The translations under genes and the position numbers were made by a program. Positions 30,791 through 40,748 of a DNA stretch of 64,000 nt are shown here, in pieces. Within the stretch, counting starts at the first letter, position 1. Every line of letters starts with the position of its first letter. Source of the stretch: a candidate division WOR-3 bacterium (GTDB lineage: Bacteria; Hydrothermota; Hydrothermia; LBFQ01); assembly GCA_039802605.1 (NCBI GenBank), contig JBDRWW010000007.1, positions 14,350 through 78,349 of the forward strand, written 5' to 3'. The notes below the pieces were generated by a model. It saw only the letters and a list, made by a program, of their open reading frames with translations. It did not search any database and was not told the DNA's origin.

Positions 30791-31745
30791 GAATGAATTG
30801 GAAATATGGTATTGGTTTGGTGAGATTCACGACTATCATTTTAGACAACTTTTAAATAGAACTTGGCGAAAGGTAAATGTTAGCCTGATAAGGAAAAACT
30901 TTTCTTCCATTCAGGAAATGGAGGAATCTTTAAAGGTTAGGCAACCGGATTTAGCACTCGTATATCCGCAAACCCTGAAAAACCTCATAAAATCCGGAGA
31001 ATTGGAACCTTTATCGGATGGTGAAATACTTCCTAATTATTGTGGTAATTACTGCTGGCCTATGTTTAAAAGCGTTTTGGGTTTTTATGTGAATGCGGAT
31101 TTGGCGAAAGAAGTGGGTTTTCCCTTGAATTTCAAATTATCAGATTTGCTAAACTTAAATAGCAACTATATAGTTTTGGGCGTTTATCCCTCTGCCACCT
31201 TTTACACGGGTTTGATGTTTAAGTTTTTATCCGAGGGGTATGATACACTGGAATCTTGTATAAAATCTTATGAGTTCCTCAAAGGCCTCGCCCATAAACC
31301 CTATGTTAGAATTTATCCCAATCCGAGATATGCGGAAGCGGATATGGTTTCTCTTAAGATCGTTGTTATCGTTGGAACAAGTGCGTACAAACCCTATATT
31401 GAACGGGAAGGGATAAATTTAAAGTTTGTACCCATAATAAACGATAGGGGTGAAAATGTATATTTCCTTTCAGGCCCGGATTTCGTTGTATTTAAAGGGG
31501 GAAATACAAAGAAAGCAAAAGAATTTATAAGGGTTTTGGATGAAATCCTTAAAAGGGATACCTTATGGGAAAGGTTTGGGTATTTTTATGTTGGGAGGTT
31601 GAAGGGCTTAAAGAATATATTTACGGATATAAATTGGGATGTTGATAGGGATGGGTTGAGGGTTTTGTCAGAAAGGGCTTTAAATCCACAGGATTCTTTA
31701 CCCCAAGATTCGTTAAAAAACCTTTGTAGAAAATCTTTAAAATGA
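30741..31745 (+). CDS. Lipoprotein, extracellular solute-binding-protein-like
   Basis: Lipobox LILSC. LEIWYW, PDLA and FYVNADL resemble sugar-type substrate-binding proteins. Confidence 0.6.
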   Translation: MRRFILLLIPLILSCGRNELEIWYWFGEIHDYHFRQLLNRTWRKVNVSLIRKNFSSIQEMEESLKVRQPDLALVYPQTLKNLIKSGELEPLSDGEILPNYCGNYCWPMFKSVLGFYVNADLAKEVGFPLNFKLSDLLNLNSNYIVLGVYPSATFYTGLMFKFLSEGYDTLESCIKSYEFLKGLAHKPYVRIYPNPRYAEADMVSLKIVVIVGTSAYKPYIEREGINLKFVPIINDRGENVYFLSGPDFVVFKGGNTKKAKEFIRVLDEILKRDTLWERFGYFYVGRLKGLKNIFTDINWDVDRDGLRVLSERALNPQDSLPQDSLKNLCRKSLK

Positions 31746-31748
31746 TTA

Positions 31749-32072
31749 TTACCTTTCTTCACAGGAATATACTTCCGCTGTGTAAAAAGTTATGGTTGTA
31801 GGGATTATAATATTTGCCAAAAGTGTTAAAAGGTAGTCAGTAACCGTTGATTTTGTTTCTATTCTAATCTTTTTACCCCTTGGTACTATGGTTTCCGTTG
31901 AGTTATCACCGAGTGGGACTAAACCGTACAAGAAGTAAATATACCTTTTCTCGGAAACCTTCGTATAGCAGAAGTCCCCTCGTGATGCCAACCTTGCGTC
32001 TCCCGTTACCACAACCGTCATGCAATTTGCAAATACCAGGACCAGCAATGCGAAAAGCGATAACCTTTTCAT
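31749..32072 (-). CDS. Bor/Iss-like small lipoprotein
   Basis: Lipobox FANC, YFLYGLVP motif, C-terminal Cys. Confidence 0.7.
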   Translation of the reverse strand: MKRLSLFALLVLVFANCMTVVVTGDARLASRGDFCYTKVSEKRYIYFLYGLVPLGDNSTETIVPRGKKIRIETKSTVTDYLLTLLANIIIPTTITFYTAEVYSCEER

Positions 32073-32183
32073 GGTGCGGGTATTATAATGTAGGATAAAT
32101 TATGTTTTTTTAACTTTACAAACTACCATACAAAAACTAAATTTTTTCAAGAAATTCAACAATGTCCTATCCAAAACTTAAAA

Positions 32184-32509
32184 TTATTTACACTGAACTT
32201 CCATAGTCATAGGTATTATGGTGCAGTTTGCCGTGCAAATACTTATTAGATGGTCATCAACACCGAAATAAGTTTTTACTTTTACGGTTTCTTTGCACGG
32301 AGACATCATATCCGCGGGTGTATTATTGGTAAGTGGCACAAGTCCCAGAGCGCAAACCATACCTTTTTCTTTTGAACATTAGGGAGATATTCTCCTTCCT
32401 CGGCGAGTCTTATATCCGTATTAGCTGGGGCTTGTGAAATCGTGGCCATGCAGCTACCAAAACTTAAAGCAACAACGGATAATAAAATCACCAATAAACC
32501 CATTTTCAA
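32184..32509 (-). pseudogene. Frameshifted Bor/Iss-like lipoprotein paralog
   Basis: Frame 1 gives ...FGSC...KKKVWFALW. Adding one G at the GGG run (+ strand CCC 32344-32346) restores WFALWGLVPLTNNTPADMMSPCKETVKVKTYFGVDDHLISICTANCTIIPMTMEVQCK*, which is colinear with 31749..32072. Confidence 0.75.
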
Positions 32510-32547
32510 TAGAAATTTTTAAACTTTTGCGGAAACCTCTGCAAAAA

Positions 32548-33177
32548 CTAATTTTTCCCAAGAAATTCCAAAAGTTCCTCGTCCGAGAACTGTTTAAAAT
32601 CCCTGTAAAACATACCAACTGAAAAATAAATACTCCTGACAACTTCTAAACATATAATCTTATCAAAGTATTCCTTCACCAATTCATAAGCCAAATCGGA
32701 TGCAACGGGAATAGCAAGGGTTAATTTATTTACATTGTGCTTCCTTATAAACTTGGCTGCCGCAATTACTGTGTATCCCGTTGCTATTCCATCATCAACC
32801 AAAATCACATTTTTATTGGCATAGTCTTCAATAATAAACTCCTTGTATAATTCATACTGTTTTTTAGCCTCTAAGAGTTTGATTTCTACGATTTCCCTTA
32901 AATCATCCTCATCAACTCCCAAAATTTTGGCGTATTCTTGGTCGTATATATATGTTCCGTCATAAACCACCGCTCCAAATCCCGATTCCGGGGATTCTGG
33001 GGGTGCTATCTTTTTCACCGGCAAAACCCCGAATGGTATGTTTAAACATTTGCCTAATATTTTAGCCATATATCCCCCACCTCTCAAAACCCCTACAACG
33101 ACCGTATTACTTAAATCTTCACCCTTTAATTCATCACATAATTTTAAAGCCGCATCCTCCCGATTTTCAAATATCAT
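32548..33177 (-). CDS. Phosphoribosyltransferase family protein
   Basis: FENREDAA, LRGG, VILVDDGIATGYT. Confidence 0.9.
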   Translation of the reverse strand: MIFENREDAALKLCDELKGEDLSNTVVVGVLRGGGYMAKILGKCLNIPFGVLPVKKIAPPESPESGFGAVVYDGTYIYDQEYAKILGVDEDDLREIVEIKLLEAKKQYELYKEFIIEDYANKNVILVDDGIATGYTVIAAAKFIRKHNVNKLTLAIPVASDLAYELVKEYFDKIICLEVVRSIYFSVGMFYRDFKQFSDEELLEFLGKN

Positions 33178-33605
33178 TCTCCTATAAGCCTCATATATTC
33201 TTTATACATACACCTATCCTGAACCACTATTATTCCCCTTTCAATAAGAGGTTTAACGGCTTCATCATTCCTTATCCCCTCTTGGAGCCAGAAAACCTTT
33301 ACATCACCCTGTCCCTCTATTCTCCTTAATACATCCTCAACCACCTTTGGTATCTCATCACTCGGCCTAAATACATCAACCCATTCAACGGTTTCGGGAA
33401 TCTCGACAACCGATTTATATGATTTCCTACCGAGTATTTCTTCCGCCGTTGGATTTACGGGGATAATGTTGTATCTCTTTCCCAAGAAAAACCTCGGCAC
33501 TTTATGGGCTGGCTTGCTCGGATCTTTTGAAAAGCCCACAACGGCAATGTTTTTATACTTAAAAAACAAATCCCTAATTACCTCATCCGGAGGGTTTTGA
33601 AGCAT
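33174..33605 (-). CDS. CoA-binding protein (YccU-like)
   Basis: IAVVGFS, IIPVNP, VDVFRP, WLQEGI, DRCM. Confidence 0.92.
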   Translation of the reverse strand: MLQNPPDEVIRDLFFKYKNIAVVGFSKDPSKPAHKVPRFFLGKRYNIIPVNPTAEEILGRKSYKSVVEIPETVEWVDVFRPSDEIPKVVEDVLRRIEGQGDVKVFWLQEGIRNDEAVKPLIERGIIVVQDRCMYKEYMRLIGE

Positions 33606-33612
33606 ACTGGCA

Positions 33613-34599
33613 TTATATCCCCGAATGGTTTATGACATCGGCCAAAAGTTCAACATTTAAATCCTTTGTTATAATTTCCAACCTTATGCCATCCGGATGT
33701 ATGACTATATAAGAACTGGAATATCCCAACGGGTAGTTTAAAGCCTTTGATACCATTTCCCCCAAAATCTCGCTTTCTTTACTCGTATGGTAAAACCTTA
33801 CATATTGTTCCCCATACCTCAAAAATATAACCCTTTTAAAGCCGGCCTTAACCATTTTCATTGCGGTTGCAAATTGTGAAGGCTGAACCGACATTCCAAA
33901 GTGATAAAGTTTTCCCCCTATCCTATTCACCAACTCCACCGCATCCCAAAAAAGCCTTCCATCCCCCAGAACAACGGCCCATTTTCCGCTTTTTAATTTA
34001 TTTATGCCCCTTCCAAAGTTTGTCGTTAAATATCCCTTGGGTTGGGAATACCTTCCAAAGGACCTATATAAATCCATTTCCCTCGCAAAGCCTACATTTA
34101 TAACATTTATTATGGCATTTTTTAAAATTCCCACCTCCGTTTCCATAAGTTTATCATCCATTTCTTCGGCGAAGAATAACTCCGTTAAAACCTTTATTTT
34201 TGCCTTTGCCTTTAATACGGTGAATTTTGAGGGTAAAACCCTAAAATCCCTATCGGGAAAAACTTTACAAATTTCATTTTGCAAAAAATAGCCCAAATCA
34301 TAAGAGGGCGAAACCAAACTCCAAGATGTATATACCTCGGAATAAAATTTTGTTTCTTCCTCCGAGGCGTTGTGATGAATACTTATAAGGATATCCGGCT
34401 TAAAATCGTTTGCAACCTTCAACCTTTCCCTTAAAGAAAGGTTCTCGTCTTTAAACCTCGTGAGATTAACCCAGGTAAGACCCTTCAAAGCCTCGTATAA
34501 CATAAGTGAAACTTTTAAGTTAATATCCTTTTCGGGTATTTTTCCCCTAAGGGTTCCAAGACTATCCCCGCCGTGCCCAGGGTCTAATAGGATTTTCAC
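33613..34599 (-). CDS. N-acetylmuramoyl-L-alanine amidase (Amidase_3) with C-terminal extension
   Basis: LLDPGHGG, EKDINL, SIHHNA, VLTE. Confidence 0.85.
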   Translation of the reverse strand: MKILLDPGHGGDSLGTLRGKIPEKDINLKVSLMLYEALKGLTWVNLTRFKDENLSLRERLKVANDFKPDILISIHHNASEEETKFYSEVYTSWSLVSPSYDLGYFLQNEICKVFPDRDFRVLPSKFTVLKAKAKIKVLTELFFAEEMDDKLMETEVGILKNAIINVINVGFAREMDLYRSFGRYSQPKGYLTTNFGRGINKLKSGKWAVVLGDGRLFWDAVELVNRIGGKLYHFGMSVQPSQFATAMKMVKAGFKRVIFLRYGEQYVRFYHTSKESEILGEMVSKALNYPLGYSSSYIVIHPDGIRLEIITKDLNVELLADVINHSGI

Positions 34600-35447
34600 T
34601 GTCCTTCAAGTATTTTCCTAATCCTTTCAACCGCTTCTAGGGCTTTTTTGTTCTTGGGGTCAAGTCTTAAAACCTCTTGAAAAAAGAACAATGCTTCGGC
34701 GTATTTACCCTTTGAATACGCGTCAAGCCCTCTAAGGTATAAGTTTTCAACAACCCTCGGGTCGGCCTTTACCGTATCTTTTTTCGCACTTGTATCGGCT
34801 TCGCTCCCTTTTTGTATATCCCTCTTTTCCCTCCTAACATAAAGGGTTTCCACCATGATTACGGGAACCTGTATATATACGGGCACTTCAATCCTGACAG
34901 TATCCTTTTTCATAAACTCGGGTTCTAAGAGTATAGATATTGCGAGATCAAGGGATGGACTATTTGAGGGTTTTAAGCGGGTAAATGCGTAAAGGAATTT
35001 CCATCTATATCCGCCGAATATACCGAAAGCCGTGTCAAAGGTTAAACCCCCTTGAAACCCCTTAAATGTATATCCCCCTATGAATTCTAGGTTTGGATAT
35101 AGTTCCCCTTCATTTGAGGATAATTTAAAAATAAGCCCTCCAAAAAATTGGTTGTATTGCAATAAACCGTTTATGTAAAGCCCTTGGAAACTCAAAGCGG
35201 AAAATATCCAAAAGTTTTCAGAATATGCACCTCCGCTTAGAAGCAAAAGGGAATCTTCTATTCCTACCCCCCCAAAACCATTGTAAAACTTGAAATTCAA
35301 AGAATACACCTTTTTTCTCGGCGTTATGTAAAGGAATGTGTTTGTGTAATTCGTATTATACTGGAAAAAAGCCCCAATTTGCCCGGAAAAAAATGGAGAA
35401 ACGACGATTAAATTCGGGTATAAATTAAACCCTGCAAAGGGGAACAT
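34596..35447 (-). CDS. Beta-strand-rich protein with C-terminal TPR
   Basis: Amphipathic beta strands, a linker, then a TPR (LYLRGLDAYSKGKYAEALFFFQEVLRLDPKN). Confidence 0.65.
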   Translation of the reverse strand: MFPFAGFNLYPNLIVVSPFFSGQIGAFFQYNTNYTNTFLYITPRKKVYSLNFKFYNGFGGVGIEDSLLLLSGGAYSENFWIFSALSFQGLYINGLLQYNQFFGGLIFKLSSNEGELYPNLEFIGGYTFKGFQGGLTFDTAFGIFGGYRWKFLYAFTRLKPSNSPSLDLAISILLEPEFMKKDTVRIEVPVYIQVPVIMVETLYVRREKRDIQKGSEADTSAKKDTVKADPRVVENLYLRGLDAYSKGKYAEALFFFQEVLRLDPKNKKALEAVERIRKILEGQ

Positions 35448-35472
35448 CCAAGTATTATAAAGTTGAAAGGTT

Positions 35473-36282
35473 TTATCGTATCACAATCTCTTTTATTACC
35501 CTGCTCATAAACCTAAACTCCCCGAAGGCATACCCGTAATCAAACAAAACCCTATAAACATTAACCAATTCCAACCTTATAGGCCCTTCGGAGTAATAGC
35601 ATTCATCGGAATTTTTTGGTATATATACGGTTATTGAGGGTAATGTATCCAAAACCTCCTTATAACAATAGTAAAATCCGAATGTGGTATCCCTCCCTAC
35701 AAATCTCAACATATACCAATTTGCCTTATATCCCCTTTGCCATATAAAGGTGTATTCCCTATCCGTGTACAATGTGTCGGGTAAATCGTTTAAATAAAAT
35801 GTATCCGATGATAAAACCAGCAGGGTATCGTAAAAGTTGTATTTCGGTTTGCTTGGGAAAACCCCTTTTAGTTTTAGCGTTTCTTTGGCAACACCATTTA
35901 CAATATTTGCGGCACAAAAGGTGTATATCCCACCCTCCTTAAAAACCCTATCCTTTAAGGTATCATCCCAATTGTAAAATGTGTATCTATACCTCTTATC
36001 AAACTCGTCGCTCTGATATAACTGATAAACATCCCTATCCATGAAATCCCTTGAACAAGCCGTATCCGATGTATCCCCCACCACAAACCACACAACCCCT
36101 CCCGTCATCCCATACCCAAGCTTATCCGTTCCGGTATAAACCGTATCAAAATAAACAATTGATGTATCCAAGGTATCCGTCCACAATTCCCCAAACCAAA
36201 CATAATCCCCAACCCTGCTTTCCGGCAATTTGTACTTACACGAAATAACCAATAAAGACAAAATTAAAAATGCCCTTTTCAA
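35473..36282 (-). CDS. Hypothetical lipoprotein
   Basis: MKRAFLILSLLVISC lipobox. TTG start overlaps the mce stop. Very rich in DT dipeptides. Confidence 0.75.
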   Translation of the reverse strand: MKRAFLILSLLVISCKYKLPESRVGDYVWFGELWTDTLDTSIVYFDTVYTGTDKLGYGMTGGVVWFVVGDTSDTACSRDFMDRDVYQLYQSDEFDKRYRYTFYNWDDTLKDRVFKEGGIYTFCAANIVNGVAKETLKLKGVFPSKPKYNFYDTLLVLSSDTFYLNDLPDTLYTDREYTFIWQRGYKANWYMLRFVGRDTTFGFYYCYKEVLDTLPSITVYIPKNSDECYYSEGPIRLELVNVYRVLFDYGYAFGEFRFMSRVIKEIVIR

Positions 36283-36677
36283 TACTCGTCCTCCACCAAT
36301 TCTATTAAAAAACCGCCCGTTGATTTCGGGTGTATAAAGGCAACGTTTCCCCCTTTTGCCCCCTTCATATCCTCAACCGCAAACATAAACCCATTACCCT
36401 TTAACCTATTAACCTCATCCTTCACGCTTTCAACCTTCAATGCAAAGTGATGGATACCGTTCCCCCTTTTTTCCAAGAATTTATCTATGGTTGAACCGCT
36501 TTCCGTGGGTGTGATTATCTCCAAGGTCGCGTTTTCAAGTTTTAAAATGGCCACCTTTATCTTCTGATCCTCCAAAACCTTTTCGTAATATTCACTTTGC
36601 AGAACATCTTTAAATCTCTTGATTACATCCTCATACTCTTCCGGTTTTACCGCTATTGCTATATGCGAAAGCCTCAT
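36279..36677 (-). CDS. mce: Methylmalonyl-CoA epimerase (VOC family)
   Basis: HIAIAV, FLEKRGNGIHHFA, GAKG..VAFIHPKSTGGFLIELVE. Confidence 0.88.
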   Translation of the reverse strand: MRLSHIAIAVKPEEYEDVIKRFKDVLQSEYYEKVLEDQKIKVAILKLENATLEIITPTESGSTIDKFLEKRGNGIHHFALKVESVKDEVNRLKGNGFMFAVEDMKGAKGGNVAFIHPKSTGGFLIELVEDEY

Positions 36678-36747
36678 CCGAAGATTTTAAAGGGGACAAA
36701 GTGATGGCCGCATTGCAGGAAGATATACAACAGTAGAATAGCAAACC

Positions 36748-39648
36748 TTGAAAAGACTTATTGATTGGAGCGTTGAACATCCCATAAGCGTGGGTATAAT
36801 CTTTTTCGCCTTGGTCTTTACGAGTTTATATTCCATAAGTAGGTTAAAGTTGGAACTCTTCCCGGATATTTCCCTTCCTACAATCACCATAATATCGGCA
36901 TATCCGGGTGCTTCGGTAATTGATGTTGAGGAAAATATCACAAAACCCCTTGAAAATGCTTTAAGGGCTGTTAGGGGAATAAGGGAAATAAGTTCAAGGA
37001 GTATAGAGGAATACTCCCAAATAACCGTATATTTCAATGCCGGTGTTGATATTTCAAAAGCCTATATTGAAGTGGTGGATAAGGTTAGGGGCGTGGAGTT
37101 GCCAAACGGTGCATTAAAGCCGAGTATTATACCCTTTGACCCTTCGGTTTTCCCGGTTATGACCGTAGCCTTTCCCGAAGATCAATACGAACTCGTTAAA
37201 ACCCTATGGGTGAATAGGGTTTTGTCAATTGTGGGTATATCCCTAGTTCCAACCCTTAGAACCTATGAAGAGTATATATCCGTAAATGTGTTTCCCGAAA
37301 AATTGGCAATTTTCGGCATAAGGCCCTCAACTATATTCGGGCTTATAGGCGAAAGGGCATACTCCTTTCCCCTTGGAAAATCCTCTGTTATAAGCGGGAA
37401 ATTGGATTTAAGCGGCATTAAAGACATTATAATCGGCAAAAGGGGGGATAGGCCCGTTTTCCTATACGAAGTTGCGGATATAAAGAATTACCGTGAAAAT
37501 TACGAGGTATTACAGTTAAACAAAGGGATACCTGTGATAATATCCCCCGTATTCAAATCTTCCGATGCGAATACCTATGAGGTTTCAAGAAAGTTGAAAG
37601 AGGTGTTAGAGGAAATAAAAAGGGATGGTAGGTTAAATTTTTGGGTGGCGATGGATCAAGGTTTTTTAATAGAAAAGGTTGTAAAGGAGGTTATAAATAC
37701 GGCTATTTTTGGGGGAATACTGGCTGTTATAATTATCCTTCTATTCACGAGGAGTTTTAGGCTTTCGGCGGTTATATCCTTGTCCATACCGATTTCATTG
37801 GGATTAACCTTTATATCCATAGACCTCTTTGGGTACAAGCTCAACGCCATGACATTAGCGGGCATAGCCTTGGCAATAGGTATGATAATTGACAATTCCG
37901 TTGTTGTAAGCGAGAACATTTACAGATATATAACCGAAGGGTATAATCCTAAGGAAGCCTCTAAGGAGGCAACTTATGAGGTTTTAAGGCCTATATTTTC
38001 ATCCACAATTACAAACATTATAGTCTTTGTCCCCGTTATATATTTATACGGTGCAATAGGGGAAATAGCCAGAAATGTGGGTATATCTTTTGTTTCCGCA
38101 TTGTTATCCACCCTCTTGGTATCAACAGCAATAACCCCCGCTTATGCCCATTACATCCTTGCAAAATCAAAGAGGGTAGAGTTTAAACTGGCAAACATCT
38201 ATCGTAAGGTTCTAAGCTTTATGATTAAAAGAAAACTGCAATTCCCCTTAGCTTTTGTATTACTTTCACCATTGGCTCTAATCCCCTTTGTAGGTGGTGA
38301 GTTTGTGCCAATATTGGACTCGGATTTTATATTCCTAGACATTGAACTTCCCTCAAACACCCCATTTGAAAAAACCTCTTTGTATATGAAAAATGTGAGC
38401 AGATTGCTTTCAAAAATACCCGAAATTGAAAACTACGCGGTATTTGTCAGCGCCCCCAAGGATGTCCCAAAGGGTATTATAGCATATGGTGGCGGTATAA
38501 CGGAGACCTATAAAGGGCAGGCCTTTATAAGGTTAAAGGAGAGGGCTAAGAGAAAAAGGGCGCAGTGGGAGATAGAGGAAACAATAAGGAATAATCTCCC
38601 AAAATTTCCGGGATTAAAGGTTAGGTTTTTACCCGTTGAAAGGATAACCCTGTTTGGGATGAAGGGTAAGTCCGTATCCATAACGTTTTTAGGACAAGAT
38701 AGGGAAACCCTTAAAAAGTTGGCCAACAGGTTTGCAGAGGATTTAAAAAGGGTTAAAGGATTAACAAATGTCGTCGTTGAAATTCCTCCCGAAATGGATA
38801 TTTTGCTTTTTAGGCCTAAGGAAATGGTAAAGATCACGGGACTTCCAATATCCGAAGTCCAAAAGGATTTAGCACTTTTAAAGCTTTCACCGAAGGCAGT
38901 TGAAATAGAAAATACAACGGTCAAACTCAAATATGACGGGGATGTATCCGTTTTACCTTTGGTTGGTCAAAGGACAAGGGCATATTTTGTTGATTTTGTT
39001 GAAGTTGAAACCTTAAAAACACCTTCAATAATTACTAGGCTTAACGGGCTCCCTTCCATAACCGTATCCGCCGATAGGACAACACCCAACCTATTAAGTG
39101 TATCCCTACAAATCCAAAAAATCCTATTGTCTTACAAACTCCCACGGGGTTATACATATGTTTTATCCGGTGAGATGTACGAACTCTTTGATATGCTTAA
39201 ACAACTCACATTAGCCGGGATTTTAGCGGTTGTATTGATATTAGCCGTAATAGTATTGCAGTTTGAATCCTTTAAAGAACCCCTTTTCATATCTTTGAGT
39301 ACCATATTTTCGTTGGCGGGTTCCACATTGTTTATCTATGCCTTTGGTATAACCTTTTCCATTGTATCACTACTCGGTGTTTTAATTTCCTTCGGAGTGG
39401 TGGTTAATAACGGCATAGTAATGCTGGAACTGGCAAAGAAGACGGGTATATTAAAGGCCGCCGAAATAAGGTTAAGGCCCATATTAATAACCAATTTAAC
39501 CACGATTTTCGGCCTCCTACCTTTGATATTTGTGAAAACGGAAGGTTTTGAGTATAGACAGCCAATAGCCGTGGCTTTATTGGGTGGTATGATATTCGGC
39601 TTAATATACTCACTCTTAATATTACCCCTAATATACAAGAGGCCTTGA
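36748..39648 (+). CDS. RND-family efflux transporter permease (AcrB/AcrD/AcrF)
   Basis: ELFPDI, YPGAS..VEE.ITKPLE, GMIIDNSVVVSENI, GVVVNNGI, RLRPIL. Confidence 0.92.
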   Translation: MKRLIDWSVEHPISVGIIFFALVFTSLYSISRLKLELFPDISLPTITIISAYPGASVIDVEENITKPLENALRAVRGIREISSRSIEEYSQITVYFNAGVDISKAYIEVVDKVRGVELPNGALKPSIIPFDPSVFPVMTVAFPEDQYELVKTLWVNRVLSIVGISLVPTLRTYEEYISVNVFPEKLAIFGIRPSTIFGLIGERAYSFPLGKSSVISGKLDLSGIKDIIIGKRGDRPVFLYEVADIKNYRENYEVLQLNKGIPVIISPVFKSSDANTYEVSRKLKEVLEEIKRDGRLNFWVAMDQGFLIEKVVKEVINTAIFGGILAVIIILLFTRSFRLSAVISLSIPISLGLTFISIDLFGYKLNAMTLAGIALAIGMIIDNSVVVSENIYRYITEGYNPKEASKEATYEVLRPIFSSTITNIIVFVPVIYLYGAIGEIARNVGISFVSALLSTLLVSTAITPAYAHYILAKSKRVEFKLANIYRKVLSFMIKRKLQFPLAFVLLSPLALIPFVGGEFVPILDSDFIFLDIELPSNTPFEKTSLYMKNVSRLLSKIPEIENYAVFVSAPKDVPKGIIAYGGGITETYKGQAFIRLKERAKRKRAQWEIEETIRNNLPKFPGLKVRFLPVERITLFGMKGKSVSITFLGQDRETLKKLANRFAEDLKRVKGLTNVVVEIPPEMDILLFRPKEMVKITGLPISEVQKDLALLKLSPKAVEIENTTVKLKYDGDVSVLPLVGQRTRAYFVDFVEVETLKTPSIITRLNGLPSITVSADRTTPNLLSVSLQIQKILLSYKLPRGYTYVLSGEMYELFDMLKQLTLAGILAVVLILAVIVLQFESFKEPLFISLSTIFSLAGSTLFIYAFGITFSIVSLLGVLISFGVVVNNGIVMLELAKKTGILKAAEIRLRPILITNLTTIFGLLPLIFVKTEGFEYRQPIAVALLGGMIFGLIYSLLILPLIYKRP

Positions 39649-39672
39649 CAAAAAATTTTACCCCCTTATAAT
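39645..39672 (+). promoter_or_regulatory. Consensus sigma70-type promoter of the TonB/T9SS-cargo operon
   Basis: TTGACA (39645-39650), 16-nt spacer, TATAAT (39667-39672), then ATG 9 nt later with no SD. Confidence 0.85.
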
Positions 39673-39681
39673 ATCAGGCGT

Positions 39682-40320
39682 ATGCAAGTGGAAACCTTGG
39701 TAGATTATTTCCAGCGCGGCGGAGGAGTAATGTGGCTTATCCTATTCGTGGCTTTGATAGCCTTGGCCATATCCCTAGAGAGGCTGTACTCTCTATTCAT
39801 AAAGATAAGGACAAACCCCGTCAAACTCGTTGAAGAGGTGATAGCAATAATAGAGGAAAAGGGCGCGAATGAGGCAATAGAGTATCTAAACTCAAAAAAG
39901 AGCCCGATAGCAAAGGTGTTAGCCGCCGGCCTCGAAAAGGCCGGAAAATCCAAGGTTGTGGTTGAAGAAGCGATGACCCGCAGGGCACTAAAAGAGTTGT
40001 CTTTCTTGGATAGGGGAATGATTTATATCGCCGCCGCCGTAACCTTGGCACCAATACTCGGATTCTTGGGGACTGTAACGGGTATGATACGCGCCTTTGA
40101 TGCAATAGCTAAGGCCGGTGAGGTTGAGCCGAGCGTGGTATCCGCCGGTATATCCGAGGCATTGCTAACAACCGCTTTCGGTCTCCTGGTTGCGGCGCCC
40201 TTTTCATTGCTTTACAGCGTGTTTATGGATAGGATAAACTCCTATCAAAAGCAAATAGAGGAGGCTTCAAACTATCTAATAGAATACCTCGTTGAAAGCG
40301 GTATAGTTAGGGAAATTTAG
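39682..40320 (+). CDS. exbB: MotA/TolQ/ExbB proton channel protein
   Basis: APILGFLGTVTGMIRAF, GISEALLTTAFGL. Confidence 0.92.
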   Translation: MQVETLVDYFQRGGGVMWLILFVALIALAISLERLYSLFIKIRTNPVKLVEEVIAIIEEKGANEAIEYLNSKKSPIAKVLAAGLEKAGKSKVVVEEAMTRRALKELSFLDRGMIYIAAAVTLAPILGFLGTVTGMIRAFDAIAKAGEVEPSVVSAGISEALLTTAFGLLVAAPFSLLYSVFMDRINSYQKQIEEASNYLIEYLVESGIVREI

Positions 40321-40322
40321 CC

Positions 40323-40748
40323 ATGGCCATTTTCAAAAGGGTTCAGCTAGAAGAGGAGGCCGAAATCCCAACGGCCTCTATGGCGGATATCGCCTTCCTC
40401 CTTATAATATTCTTTATGACCACGACAAATTTTGCAAGGGAAAAGGGGTTAAAGTTTGTATTACCCGAGAAGAAAGATCAACCCCAGGAGTTAAAAGTAA
40501 AAAGCGAAAACTTACTAAAAATTTCTATAAACGACAGGGGAGAGGTGTTTTTAAACGATGAGCAAGGGGATTGGAACAACCTTGAAAGGGAGGTTAAAAG
40601 GCGTTTGGAGAAAAATCCCAAGTTGATAATATTTATAAGAACCCACAAAGACGCCCCTTATGAGTATATGATAAAAGCCTTTGACGCGGTAAAGGCCGCC
40701 GGGGGAACAAGGGTTGGTTTGGGTATAATAGGGGAGGTTCAACAGTGA
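40323..40748 (+). CDS. exbD: Biopolymer transport protein ExbD (copy 1)
   Basis: SMADIAFLLIIFFM TM helix with the conserved Asp. Confidence 0.9.
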   Translation: MAIFKRVQLEEEAEIPTASMADIAFLLIIFFMTTTNFAREKGLKFVLPEKKDQPQELKVKSENLLKISINDRGEVFLNDEQGDWNNLEREVKRRLEKNPKLIIFIRTHKDAPYEYMIKAFDAVKAAGGTRVGLGIIGEVQQ

